DNA from: Verrucomicrobiota bacterium
Lineage (GTDB): Bacteria; Verrucomicrobiota; Verrucomicrobiia; Limisphaerales; UBA11358
Length of the DNA: 52,442 nucleotides
Direction: 5' to 3'
Assembly: GCA_049521735.1 (NCBI GenBank)
Contig: JBEKON010000003.1
Span: forward strand, 1-52,442
Below, in pieces: positions 9,815 through 18,490 of the stretch. The notes below the pieces were generated by a model, which did no database searches, was not told the origin of the DNA, and was given only the letters and a program-made list of their open reading frames with translations. A program made the translations under genes and the position numbers. The first letter of the stretch is position 1. The number at the start of each line of letters is the position of its first letter.

Positions 9815-11383
9815 TCACGGTCGCTGCAGCCGGAAAAACTGGCTGCCATTCGTCGCGCCGAGCGTGACGCAATTTTGACTATTGGTCACGGTGGGAGCCG
9901 GGTTGTTTGTATTCCAAACCGGCGCAGCCAGATTGGTGGCGGCTTGGAGCACGAAGCCCGCCGGATAAATCGGCCATGTGAGAACTATATTGGTGCCGGA
10001 GCTGGCGATGTTCAACGGCGTCGAGAAAAATTCAAACGCGAGCGCGTAGGTTTCATTGGTGCTGACGATGCCGAACCCGCCGGCTTTCCAGACCTGCAAA
10101 TCATAACGGCCTTGCGCCAGATGCGGCACCCAGATGTGTTCGACGTTGTCCACCAGGCTCGCGCTGCGGGCGATCAGGTTGCTGGAAATCGTGTCGTATA
10201 AAAACAGGTCAAGGTTGTTGATGTTGGTGCAATTCCGGTGGCGATTCCAAACGAGCGTGATGGTGGCGGTAAAAGTGGCGCTGTTCACACCATTGGTGAC
10301 GTTGAAATAATAATGGTTCACCCCGTCGGACGAGGAACTGCTGGTGTTGGTGTTGAAATCCCAGCCGCTCAACACACTGACCGTTCCGGTGGCGCCGGTC
10401 GGTGGATGCGGGCTGTTGGTGAAAACACTCATTGAAACGATGTAACCATGCTTGCCGCCGGTGAGCTGCTCGTAGGAGTTGAAAACGTTTAATACGCCCG
10501 CGCCGTAGCGTGTGTCCAGCGGCGAAGGCGCGTTGTTTGTCCAATCAGCGGGCTTGATGGCGCCGTTCAGCAACAGTGCCTTTACCGTGCGGATGTCGGC
10601 GGCGGAGTTCGTGTCGCTGCCGCCGTCGCCGCGCAATCCCGCCTGCATCAGCACCGCCGCCGCGCCCGCAACCTGCGGCGTGGAAAAGCTTGTGACGCCT
10701 GCCGGGGCGGTGATGTCCGGTTTGGCGCGGCCATTGTCGATCGTCGGCCCGAAACTCGAACTGCCGCCGTAAGCGCCGACGCCGATGCCGTTGTAGCACG
10801 TTGCCGGCGCACACACCGGCCCGCCGTTGTTGGCGGCGGAGACAAGAAGCATGTGGTTTTGCACGGCATAATTGTCGTATTGCGAATCAACCATTTGCTG
10901 GTCTGAAACCGTGAGCGAGCCAAAAGTGAAACTTTGGTTGACCACCGAATCGCCGCTGTCCGACAACAATGAATTTGCAACATAATTCGTGTAAAAGAAT
11001 TCAGCGTCGTAATTGTCCACGTGCGCCACATTGGTCGCCACGCCACCAGACAATCCATAAAAATATCCGCCCACCCCGTCGGCATGGCCGGATTCGTTGC
11101 CCACGGAGTTTGGAAATGTGTTGGTCGTGCCAGCGGCGGAAATGTAAGTGAACCAGCTTGCCGGCTGGTTTACCGGGGTGGGATTGACTTCAAAGGCGCT
11201 CGGATGATTGGTATTGCTGTCTGCATTAGCTTCGGGCTGCGCCACGCGAATGCCCGAGCCATTGACGTTGGTCGTCACCGCCCACAACAGCGTAACGCCG
11301 ATGGTGTCGAGATTCTGTGCGCGGGCAGCCATTTGCCCCAGGAAAACGAAGGCCAGGAGGAATTGTGCGCCGCGCAATTTCAT
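9815..11383 (-). CDS. Secreted S8 (subtilase) serine protease-like protein
   Basis: Signal peptide, SGHADGV (His), SAANN, GRAKPDITAP, TSFSTPQVAG (Ser), YGAG. Confidence 0.82.
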   Translation of the reverse strand: MKLRGAQFLLAFVFLGQMAARAQNLDTIGVTLLWAVTTNVNGSGIRVAQPEANADSNTNHPSAFEVNPTPVNQPASWFTYISAAGTTNTFPNSVGNESGHADGVGGYFYGLSGGVATNVAHVDNYDAEFFYTNYVANSLLSDSGDSVVNQSFTFGSLTVSDQQMVDSQYDNYAVQNHMLLVSAANNGGPVCAPATCYNGIGVGAYGGSSSFGPTIDNGRAKPDITAPAGVTSFSTPQVAGAAAVLMQAGLRGDGGSDTNSAADIRTVKALLLNGAIKPADWTNNAPSPLDTRYGAGVLNVFNSYEQLTGGKHGYIVSMSVFTNSPHPPTGATGTVSVLSGWDFNTNTSSSSSDGVNHYYFNVTNGVNSATFTATITLVWNRHRNCTNINNLDLFLYDTISSNLIARSASLVDNVEHIWVPHLAQGRYDLQVWKAGGFGIVSTNETYALAFEFFSTPLNIASSGTNIVLTWPIYPAGFVLQAATNLAAPVWNTNNPAPTVTNSQNCVTLGATNGSQFFRLQRP

Positions 11384-11536
11384 GAGATTTTCATTTTTTG
11401 CCGCAAATTTTACGCCCCAATTCCAACCTCACATTTGAAGTTTGAGGTGATTGCGGATTCTTAGAATATAGCCGCGAATCGCACCAAAGCAAATCACAGC
11501 CATTTCCTTTTAACGCTGGAGCGCTACACTGCCAGC

Positions 11537-12280
11537 GTGTCCGACACGCTGGTTGTCAACGAAATCTATTTGAGCTTGCAAGGGGAAAGCACCTTCGCCG
11601 GGCTGCCGTGCGTTTTTATCCGGCTCACCGCCTGCGATTTGCGCTGCTCGTATTGCGACACCGCCTACGCCTTCACCGAAGGCAGAAAAATGTCGCTCGA
11701 CGAAATCCGAATGAAAGTTCGAGAGTTGGCGGCTCCGTTTTTAAATTCAAAACTCAAAACTCAAAATCCAAAACAACCACTAGTCGAGCTGACCGGCGGC
11801 GAACCGTTGCTCCAGAAAAATTCCCTGCCGTTGATGAAGCGGCTTTGCGACGATGGGTTCATCGTTCTCCTCGAAACCGGCGGTGCGCATGACATTTCTC
11901 AAGTGGACGCCCGGGTTCGCCGAATTATGGATTTGAAATGTCCCAGCAGCGGCGAAGTTGAGCGCAGTCGTCTTGAGAACATTCCACGCCTCAAGGCCAC
12001 CGATGAAATCAAATTCGTCATTGGCACGCAGCAGGATTACAATTGGGCAAAACAAAAAATTTCCGAGCACAAGCTCAACACCATTTGCCCGTTGTTAATT
12101 TCGTGGGTGCAGCCGCTCGCGCCAGAGCAGCAGGATAAATCGCTAAAAAAAGTTCCATTGGGGCAGAAGCCCATTTCACGCCAACAACTTGCGGAAAAAA
12201 TCATTGCCGACGCGCTGCCGGTTCGATTCCAAGTTCAAATGCACAAAGTAATTTGGCCGCCGGAGCAACGTGGTGTTTGA
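11537..12280 (+). CDS. queE: 7-carboxy-7-deazaguanine synthase (radical SAM)
   Basis: EIYLSLQGES, CDLRCSYCDT (CX3CX2C), TGGEPL, ETGG, QMHKVIW. Confidence 0.9.
   Translation: MSDTLVVNEIYLSLQGESTFAGLPCVFIRLTACDLRCSYCDTAYAFTEGRKMSLDEIRMKVRELAAPFLNSKLKTQNPKQPLVELTGGEPLLQKNSLPLMKRLCDDGFIVLLETGGAHDISQVDARVRRIMDLKCPSSGEVERSRLENIPRLKATDEIKFVIGTQQDYNWAKQKISEHKLNTICPLLISWVQPLAPEQQDKSLKKVPLGQKPISRQQLAEKIIADALPVRFQVQMHKVIWPPEQRGV
11744..11773 (+). repeat. In-frame heptamer array inside queE
   Basis: AATTCAA AACTCAA AACTCAA AATCCAA; encodes NSKLKTQNPK. Confidence 0.8.
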
Positions 12281-12285
12281 TTCTG

Positions 12286-13629
12286 ATGAAGACGAAACAA
12301 ATTCTCGACCTGTTGCGCGCCTACGAGTCCCGCAACATTGTGTTCATGGAGCCGGACGGCTCCTGGCCCATCATTTGGGAACGCGCCAAAGATGTTTACG
12401 TTTGGGACGCTGACGGGAAAAAATATCTCGATTTGTCCGGGGCATTTGGCGTTGCCGCTGCCGGCCACGCGAACCGGCGCGTCGTCAAGGCCGGTCAAAA
12501 ACAAATGGCGCGGTTACTCCACGCGATGGGCGACGTGCATCCGCATGCAGGTAAAGCCGGACTCGCGCGCGAGTTGAGCCGCATCACGTTCGAACATTGG
12601 GCCAGTTTTCGGAGGGACGAGCTCCGCGAGTCCCCAACATCAGGGCATCGTGGAACTCCGCCCTCCGGAAAGGTCATTTTCAGCAATTCCGGCTTCGAGG
12701 CCGTCGAATCCGCGCTCAAAACCGCGATTCTCGCCACGGGCAAACAGGGCGTCATTGCGTTCACCGGCGCGTATCACGGACTCGGCTACGGCGCGCTCAA
12801 CGCGACGCACCGCGATTTTTTCCGCGGCCCGTTCCAATCGCAACTTCGCGAGTTCGGGCATTTCGTCCAGTTTCCGTCAAAAGCCAGCGACCTTGCCTCC
12901 GTGGAGTTCAGCATCCGCCACTTTTTTCGGCGTGAACGCATTGGCGCGATTCTGGTCGAACCGGTCCAAGCTCGCGGTGGCATCAATGTTCCGCCAAAAG
13001 AATTTTTGCCGCTGCTTCGAAAACTTTGCGACGAACACGGCGTATTGCTGGTTCTCGATGAAATTTACACCGGCTTTGGCCGCACCGGAAAATGGTTCGC
13101 GTGTGAACACAACGGCGTGGTTCCCGATTTGATTTGCCTCGGCAAGGCGCTTACCGGCGGCTTTCCGCTCTCGGTGTGCGTCGGTCGCGCCGACCTTATG
13201 GATGCCGCATGGCCGGCTTCGCGCGGCGAGGCGATTCACACCAGCACATTTCTCGGCCATCCTGTTGGTTGCGCAATGGCGTTGGCGCAAATCAAGGAAA
13301 TCGAGCGACTCAACCTTTGCAAACGAAGCGCGGAACTCGGAGAATTTCTTTTGGCGGAGTTGTCTAAAATCCAAAGTCTAAAATCCAAAGTTGTTTGCAA
13401 ATCACGCGGTTTGGGTCTGATGGCCGGCATTGAATTGCGATTGCCCGACGGCAAACCTGCCACCGAAGCCACAATGCGGGCCATCAAAAACATGTTGCAT
13501 CGTGGCTTCATTCTTTTGCCCGAAGGCGGGCATGGCAACGTCATCAGCTTCACACCGCCGCTTACTATTGCCAAGGCGCAACTGTCAAAGGCCGTCAGCA
13601 CGCTCGCGGAGGTTTTGAACCACGAATGA
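12286..13629 (+). CDS. Class III PLP-dependent aminotransferase
   Basis: [44 protein letters not shown] (PLP Lys), RGLGLM. Confidence 0.93.
   Translation: MKTKQILDLLRAYESRNIVFMEPDGSWPIIWERAKDVYVWDADGKKYLDLSGAFGVAAAGHANRRVVKAGQKQMARLLHAMGDVHPHAGKAGLARELSRITFEHWASFRRDELRESPTSGHRGTPPSGKVIFSNSGFEAVESALKTAILATGKQGVIAFTGAYHGLGYGALNATHRDFFRGPFQSQLREFGHFVQFPSKASDLASVEFSIRHFFRRERIGAILVEPVQARGGINVPPKEFLPLLRKLCDEHGVLLVLDEIYTGFGRTGKWFACEHNGVVPDLICLGKALTGGFPLSVCVGRADLMDAAWPASRGEAIHTSTFLGHPVGCAMALAQIKEIERLNLCKRSAELGEFLLAELSKIQSLKSKVVCKSRGLGLMAGIELRLPDGKPATEATMRAIKNMLHRGFILLPEGGHGNVISFTPPLTIAKAQLSKAVSTLAEVLNHE
12607..12670. repeat. Imperfect palindromic element in frame within the aminotransferase
   Basis: Left arm TTTCGGAGGGACGAGCTCCGCGAGTCCC; reverse complement of right arm TTCCGGAGGGCGGAGTTCCACGATGCCC. 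Confidence 0.8.
13361..13391 (+). repeat. In-frame heptamer array inside the aminotransferase
   Basis: TGTCTAA AATCCAA AGTCTAA AATCCAA AGT; encodes [10 protein letters not shown]. Confidence 0.75.
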
Positions 13630-13768
13630 ACACGGATAAACACGAATTTTCAGGCTGGTGGGGCGAGCGTCCCCGCGAGCCGTTCTTGGTGTGGAACCAT
13701 TTGGCTCATCAAGTAACCCCGCCCCACCTTTGCGTTTCATCTGTGTGCATCCGTGTTTATCCGTGGTT
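13618..13768. repeat. Nested element: inverted decamer arrays enclosing a GGTGGGGCG...CGCCCCACC palindrome
   Basis: AACCACGAATGAACACGGATAAACACGAAT on the left, ATCTGTGTGCATCCGTGTTTATCCGTGGTT on the right; inner IR at 13657-13665 and 13720-13728. Confidence 0.88.
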
Positions 13769-13770
13769 AA

Positions 13771-14628
13771 ATGTTCCCAGTGAAACTTTCTGAAATGCGG
13801 GAACTCTTGACGACGAGAGGGATTCAACTGACAAAATCCCTCGGCCAGAATTTTCTACACGACGGCAATCAACTTCGGCGCATCATTGAGGCGGCGGAAT
13901 TAAAAAAGACGGACAAAGTCCTTGAAATCGGGCCGGGACTTGGGCCGCTCACCGAATTGCTTTTGGAAAGAGCGGGTGAGGTTTTGGCCATCGAAAAGGA
14001 CGCCAGGCTCGTGGAATTTTTACGCGAGCGGTTTTCCAATCCGCAATCCGCAATTCGCAATTCGCAATTTGAACTGCTTCACGACGATGCGCTGGAATTT
14101 CTGAAACGCGAGCAAAGGGATTGGAGCGATTGGAAGCTCGTGGCCAATCTGCCGTATTCCGTCGCTTCGCCGATTCTCGTCGAACTGGCGCAATCGCCCA
14201 AACGACCGGAGCGGATGGTCGCAACGTTGCAACTCGAAGTCGCGCGGCGGCTTGCGGCCAAAGCCGGTGATGCGGATTACGGCGTGTTTACGTTGCTGAT
14301 TCAACTCGACTATGAATCCCGAAAGCCTTCGGGATTCAAGATTCCGGCAAGTTGCTTTTTTCCGGAACCGGACGTGGATTCGGCATGCGTGGTTTTGATT
14401 CGCCGCGCCACGCCGCTTTTGCCCGAAAGCCAGCGTGCGGCGTTTGTGAAAATTGTGAAGCGGGCGTTTTCGCAGCGGCGTAAAATGATGCTGAAACTGC
14501 TGCGCGAAGACTGGCTGGCGGAGAAATTGGAGCGGGCGTTTGAAGACTTACAGCGTTCGTCACAAGTGCGAGCGGAAGCGGTGGGCTTGGAACAATTTAT
14601 TGAGTTAACTCAAATATTGGCGGAGTAG
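13771..14628 (+). CDS. rsmA: 16S rRNA dimethyladenosine transferase
   Basis: KSLGQNFL, EIGPGLG, IEKD, VANLPY, F.P.PDVDS, FSQRRK. Confidence 0.96.
   Translation: MFPVKLSEMRELLTTRGIQLTKSLGQNFLHDGNQLRRIIEAAELKKTDKVLEIGPGLGPLTELLLERAGEVLAIEKDARLVEFLRERFSNPQSAIRNSQFELLHDDALEFLKREQRDWSDWKLVANLPYSVASPILVELAQSPKRPERMVATLQLEVARRLAAKAGDADYGVFTLLIQLDYESRKPSGFKIPASCFFPEPDVDSACVVLIRRATPLLPESQRAAFVKIVKRAFSQRRKMMLKLLREDWLAEKLERAFEDLQRSSQVRAEAVGLEQFIELTQILAE
14034..14068 (+). repeat. In-frame heptamer array inside rsmA
   Basis: TTCCAAT CCGCAAT CCGCAAT TCGCAAT TCGCAAT; encodes SNPQSAIRNSQ. Confidence 0.85.
14313..14338. repeat. Perfect 11-bp stem hairpin inside rsmA
   Basis: TGAATCCCGAA-AGCC-TTCGGGATTCA; partial related copy CGAAGGCTTCGGGATT at 49896-49911. 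Confidence 0.7.
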
Positions 14629-14644
14629 TTTTTATCCAAAAATC

Positions 14645-14702
14645 GGGAGGATCGGCATATTGCCGGCCAAAATTTCAGGGACGGCGGCACGCTGTCCCTC
14701 CC
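14645..14702. repeat. Degenerate REP-like doublet between rsmA and the NUDIX gene
   Basis: GGGAGG...CCTCCC ends with internal hairpins CGGCA-TAT-TGCCG and GGGACGGCG..CGCTGTCCC. Confidence 0.55.
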
Positions 14703-14714
14703 ATGTGTTGAATC

Positions 14715-15242
14715 ATGAGCGAAGAAATTTTTGATGTCGTTAACGAGCGCGACGAGGTGATTGACCACCAGCCGCGCAGTGAAGTGCACCGGCTGGGCTT
14801 GAAGCATCGTGCGATTCATGTGCTGGTCTTTAATTCGCGCGGCGAGACTTTTCTCCAAAAACGCTCGATGAAAAAAGACCGGGAAGCTGGCAAATGGGAT
14901 TCATCGGCATCCGGTCACGTGGGTTCCGGTGAGGATTATGATGCCTGTGCGGTGCGCGAATTGCGTGAGGAAATTGATCTGAAAATTGCGCGGCCACCGC
15001 AACGATTATTCAAAATCGCCGCGTGCAAGGAAACGGACGCAGAATTCGTCTGGGTTTATCACTGTGAAGCCGAAGGGCCGTTTCAGTTGCATCCTGACGA
15101 AATTGAACGTGGCGGTTGGTTCGCGCCGGGAAAAGTCACGCACTGGATCGCTGAAAAACCGGAGGAATTCGCCAGTGCATTCGTTTTGATTTGGGAATTA
15201 TATCTCACGCAAAATCGCAAAGGCGCGAAGACGCCAAGCTAA
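14715..15242 (+). CDS. NUDIX hydrolase (Idi/YfcD-like)
   Basis: [37 protein letters not shown] Nudix box. Confidence 0.88.
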   Translation: MSEEIFDVVNERDEVIDHQPRSEVHRLGLKHRAIHVLVFNSRGETFLQKRSMKKDREAGKWDSSASGHVGSGEDYDACAVRELREEIDLKIARPPQRLFKIAACKETDAEFVWVYHCEAEGPFQLHPDEIERGGWFAPGKVTHWIAEKPEEFASAFVLIWELYLTQNRKGAKTPS

Positions 15243-15269
15243 AATCTTTCTTTGCGGGCTTTGCGTGAG
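15204..15269. repeat. Inverted octamer-type array overlapping the NUDIX stop codon
   Basis: CTCACGCAAA / TTTGCGTGAG perfect 10-bp IR; units CGCAAAAT CGCAAAGG CGCGAAGA CGCCAAGC. Confidence 0.75.
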
Positions 15270-15997
15270 GTTGCGCCTTTACTTGTGCCGAAAATGGAGT
15301 AGTTATTCAGTCATGCAAAATTTCCTGGTTCCAATTGTGGTCGAGCAGACCAGTCGCGGCGAGCGGACGTGGGACATCTACTCGCGCCTGCTTGTGGACC
15401 GCATCATTTTTCTCGGCACAGCCGTGGATGACACAGTCTCAAACATCGTCATCGCACAACTGCTTTTTCTCCAGATGTCCGACGCGAAGAAGGATATTCA
15501 TCTCTACATCAATTCGCCGGGCGGCAGCGTCACGGCCGGGCTGGCGATTTACGACACGATGCAATATCTCACGTGCGACGTGAACACTTATTGCGTCGGG
15601 CAGGCCTCAAGCATGGCTGCCGTGCTGCTCGCGGCGGGCACGAAGGGCAAGCGCTACGCGCTGCCGAACGCGCGCATCCTGATTCATCAACCGTGGGGCG
15701 GCGTGCAGGGTCAGGCCTCAGACATCAGCATTCAGGCCAAGGAAATTCTGCGGCTCAAAGACCGGCTGAATGAAATTCTTGCCAAACATTGCGGGCGCAA
15801 GGTCGAGGAACTCACGCGCGACACCGACCGCGACCGTTTCATGTCCGCCGTGGAAGCGAAAGAATACGGCCTCGTGGATCAAGTTGTGCAATCGCGCAAG
15901 GAAATCGCGGGACTAACTGAAAAAACTTCCGTGGCGGTTTGACGACAAGAGAATTATTCTGCGCAAACAGTGTCAGGAAGCAGCGTGAGGTTGCGCC
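15263..15997. repeat. 15-bp exact direct repeat GCGTGAGGTTGCGCC flanking clpP
   Basis: Copies at 15263-15277 and 15983-15997. Confidence 0.85.
15313..15942 (+). CDS. clpP: ATP-dependent Clp protease proteolytic subunit
   Basis: [26 protein letters not shown] (Ser), IHQP (His), DRDRFMSA. Confidence 0.97.
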   Translation: MQNFLVPIVVEQTSRGERTWDIYSRLLVDRIIFLGTAVDDTVSNIVIAQLLFLQMSDAKKDIHLYINSPGGSVTAGLAIYDTMQYLTCDVNTYCVGQASSMAAVLLAAGTKGKRYALPNARILIHQPWGGVQGQASDISIQAKEILRLKDRLNEILAKHCGRKVEELTRDTDRDRFMSAVEAKEYGLVDQVVQSRKEIAGLTEKTSVAV

Positions 15998-16020
15998 ATT
16001 TCGTTTAGTTTCTATACAGC

Positions 16021-16800
16021 TCATTCGTGGCCGCCGTGCTGGCGCAGCACTTTCACCACATCCGTGTGGCCCTTGGCAACTGCCGCGTGCAAAGGCGTAA
16101 AGCCGTCGTTGTCCTTGGCATTGACCTCGGCTTTGTTGGCCAGCAGTAATTCCGCCACGTCCGTGTGTCCACCAATCGCCGCTGCGTGCAAAGGCGTAAA
16201 GCCGTTTTTTTTGTCCTTGGCATTGATCCCAGCTTTATGGGCCACCAGCAATTCCGCCACGTCCTTTTGTCCGTAAAGTGCCGCCCAGTGCAGAGGTGTC
16301 CTGCCGTCGTTGTCCTTGGCATCGACATCGGCCTTGCTGCTCAGCAACAATTCCACCACATCCTTTTGTCCCTTAAGCGCCGCCACGTGCAAAGGTGTCA
16401 AGCCCTTGTTGTCCTTGGCATTGACATCAGCCTTGTTGACCAACAGCAATTCCGCCACATTCCTCTCACCCAGAACCGCCGTTACGTGTAAAGGCGTCAC
16501 GCCATTGTTGTCTTTGGCATTGACCTCGGCTTTGTTAGCCAGCAGCAATTCCACCATGGCCTTGTGGCCACCAAACGCCGCCCAGTGCAAAGCCGTCCAG
16601 CCGTCGTTGTCCTTGCTGAAAACCAAATCAGGATTGTCTTTGAGCAGCACCTTGACTTTTCCCAAGTCACCCCCTTTGGCCGCGTCATGAATCTCGCCGC
16701 AAAAGGCGAGACTGCTCCAAGCCAGCGCGACCAGCGTGACGACGGCGAGGCGGGGAATTGAGGCATGACAGAGTCGGCTAAAGAATGAGTGCGTGTTCAT
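16021..16800 (-). CDS. Secreted ankyrin-repeat protein (N-cap plus 6 repeats)
   Basis: Tandem G.TPLH.AA..G..DV.ELLL..KA.VNAKD units after a signal-peptide-like N-terminus; ATG 16800 preferred. Confidence 0.92.
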   Translation of the reverse strand: MNTHSFFSRLCHASIPRLAVVTLVALAWSSLAFCGEIHDAAKGGDLGKVKVLLKDNPDLVFSKDNDGWTALHWAAFGGHKAMVELLLANKAEVNAKDNNGVTPLHVTAVLGERNVAELLLVNKADVNAKDNKGLTPLHVAALKGQKDVVELLLSSKADVDAKDNDGRTPLHWAALYGQKDVAELLVAHKAGINAKDKKNGFTPLHAAAIGGHTDVAELLLANKAEVNAKDNDGFTPLHAAVAKGHTDVVKVLRQHGGHE

Positions 16801-16884
16801 GTTTGCTCCGATTGGCTGGTTACTATACCGACTGATGCGGAACGTCAAGCCGAAAGATTCTCCGTTGTCGTCAGGGTGCAAAAT

Positions 16885-17322
16885 TCATTCGCCAATGTCT
16901 TCACTCCAAAGCTCTGGCTTGGCTTTGATGAAATCGCACATGAGTTGGATGCACACCGGGTCTTGGAGCACTTCCACCTTCACGCCTTGTGAGCGGACGT
17001 ATTCTTCCGGGCCTTGGAAGGTTTTGTTTTCGCCGATGACAACATGCGGGATTTTGTAGAGCAGAATCGCGCCGCTGCACATCGGACACGGCGAGAGTGT
17101 CGAATACAAAACACAACGCTTATAGACCGACGCCTTGAGCCGTCCAGTGTTTTCGAGGCAATTCATTTCCGCGTGATGAATCACGCTGCTGCGCTGAACG
17201 CGTTGATTGTGACCGCGCCCGATGATTTTGCCATCCAGCACAAGCACCGAGCCGATGGGGATGCCGCCTTCCGCCAAGCCTTTTCTGGCCTCTTCAATGG
17301 CTGCTTGCAGGAAAACATCCAT
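16885..17322 (-). CDS. Zinc-dependent cytosine/nucleoside deaminase
   Basis: EGGIPIGS, HAE and PCPMC motifs; end WSEDIGE resembles yeast-type cytosine deaminase. Confidence 0.9.
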   Translation of the reverse strand: MDVFLQAAIEEARKGLAEGGIPIGSVLVLDGKIIGRGHNQRVQRSSVIHHAEMNCLENTGRLKASVYKRCVLYSTLSPCPMCSGAILLYKIPHVVIGENKTFQGPEEYVRSQGVKVEVLQDPVCIQLMCDFIKAKPELWSEDIGE

Positions 17323-17357
17323 GCACGGAGTGAAACACTTTCTTTATACGACGGCAA

Positions 17358-17434
17358 GGTAAGGGACACGCGGCCCGCGCGTCCGGCGGAAGTTCCGCTT
17401 CCCAACCCAGTCGCCTCGGCGAGGCGACCCTACC
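17358..17434. repeat. GTAG-type REP doublet, intergenic
   Basis: GGTAAGGGACACGCGGCCCGCGCGTCC on the left; right arm reverse complement GGTAGGGTCGCCTCGCCGAGGCGAC. Confidence 0.7.
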
Positions 17435-17438
17435 AATT

Positions 17439-18416
17439 TTAGCGCGCGAAAATCTGGCGGATCACGTCTTCAATCGGCACTTCCTGAATGTCAATGTCGC
17501 TCACCGGCAAATCGTCGAGCAGCGATTTACAGACGGCGATAACACGGTCGCGTTTCACCTTGAACGTGATGGAACCGACGTTTTTCTCCATGACTTCGCC
17601 GTAACGCGCCAGATTTTCCGCCGGATAATCGTTCGCCTTTTCGCATTGAATCGTTACAACCTTGAAGTCGGCGAAGCGATCCACGATTTCGCTCAATTTA
17701 CCATCGAAGAAAATCTTGCCGTGGTCAATGATGATGACACGCTCGCAGAGCGCCTGGATGTCAGCCATGTAATGGCTCGTAAGCAGGATCGTCGTCTTTT
17801 GCCCGGCGTTGTGGTGGCGGATGAATTCGCGGACGATCTTTTGCGAAACCACGTCGAGGCCGATGGTCGGCTCGTCGAGGAACAGAACCTTGGGCTGGTG
17901 GAGAAGCGAGGCGATCAGCTCCATTTTCATGCGTTCGCCAAGCGAAAGCTCACGAACGCTGATGTTGAGTTTGTCGCGGATGTTGAGCATTTCGCTCATT
18001 TCGGCGACGGTGCGCTCGAAGCGGTCGGCGGGAATGCCGTAAATTTTTGAGTTCAGTTCAAGCGATTCACGGGCGGGCAAGTCCCACCAAAGCTGGTTTT
18101 TCTGGCCGAGCACGAGTGCGAACTGGCGGCGGTAGCCGTCGTGGCGCTCCCACGGAACATAGCCGAGCACGAGCGCCGAACCGGCTGTCGGGTAAAGCAG
18201 ACCGGCGAGCATCTTGAGCGTGGTGGTCTTGCCCGCGCCGTTCGGGCCGAGAAAACCGACGAGTTCACCGGGTTCAATCGTAAAATGCACGTCGTTGACT
18301 GCAACGGTTTGTTCGTATCGACGGTGAAACAATCCCTTGATCGCGCCCGCAAAGCCGGGTTGCTTTTTGTAGGTGCGAAAGGTCTTGGTGAGACCGCTGA
18401 CTTCAATAACAGGCAT
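17439..18416 (-). CDS. ABC transporter ATP-binding protein (ABC-2 type)
   Basis: GPNGAGKTT, LSLGE, FLDEPTIGLD, TSH. Confidence 0.93.
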   Translation of the reverse strand: MPVIEVSGLTKTFRTYKKQPGFAGAIKGLFHRRYEQTVAVNDVHFTIEPGELVGFLGPNGAGKTTTLKMLAGLLYPTAGSALVLGYVPWERHDGYRRQFALVLGQKNQLWWDLPARESLELNSKIYGIPADRFERTVAEMSEMLNIRDKLNISVRELSLGERMKMELIASLLHQPKVLFLDEPTIGLDVVSQKIVREFIRHHNAGQKTTILLTSHYMADIQALCERVIIIDHGKIFFDGKLSEIVDRFADFKVVTIQCEKANDYPAENLARYGEVMEKNVGSITFKVKRDRVIAVCKSLLDDLPVSDIDIQEVPIEDVIRQIFAR

Positions 18417-18422
18417 CGAGGA

Positions 18423-18490
18423 AGTTTTCAGCTTCAGGTTTTGAGTTTCAAGTTCTAAAACCGAACACCGAGAACTTCAGACTTGAAACT
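18423..18490. repeat. Inverted heptamer arrays directly after the dnaA stop
   Basis: AGTTTTC AGCTTCA GGTTTTG AGTTTCA AGTTCT facing AAAACCG AACACCG AGAACTT CAGACTT GAAACT. Confidence 0.75.

Noticed and set aside
11537-12280. queE as part of a 7-deazaguanine DNA-modification cluster
   Set aside because: No dpdA, queC, queD or folE in the window; housekeeping context
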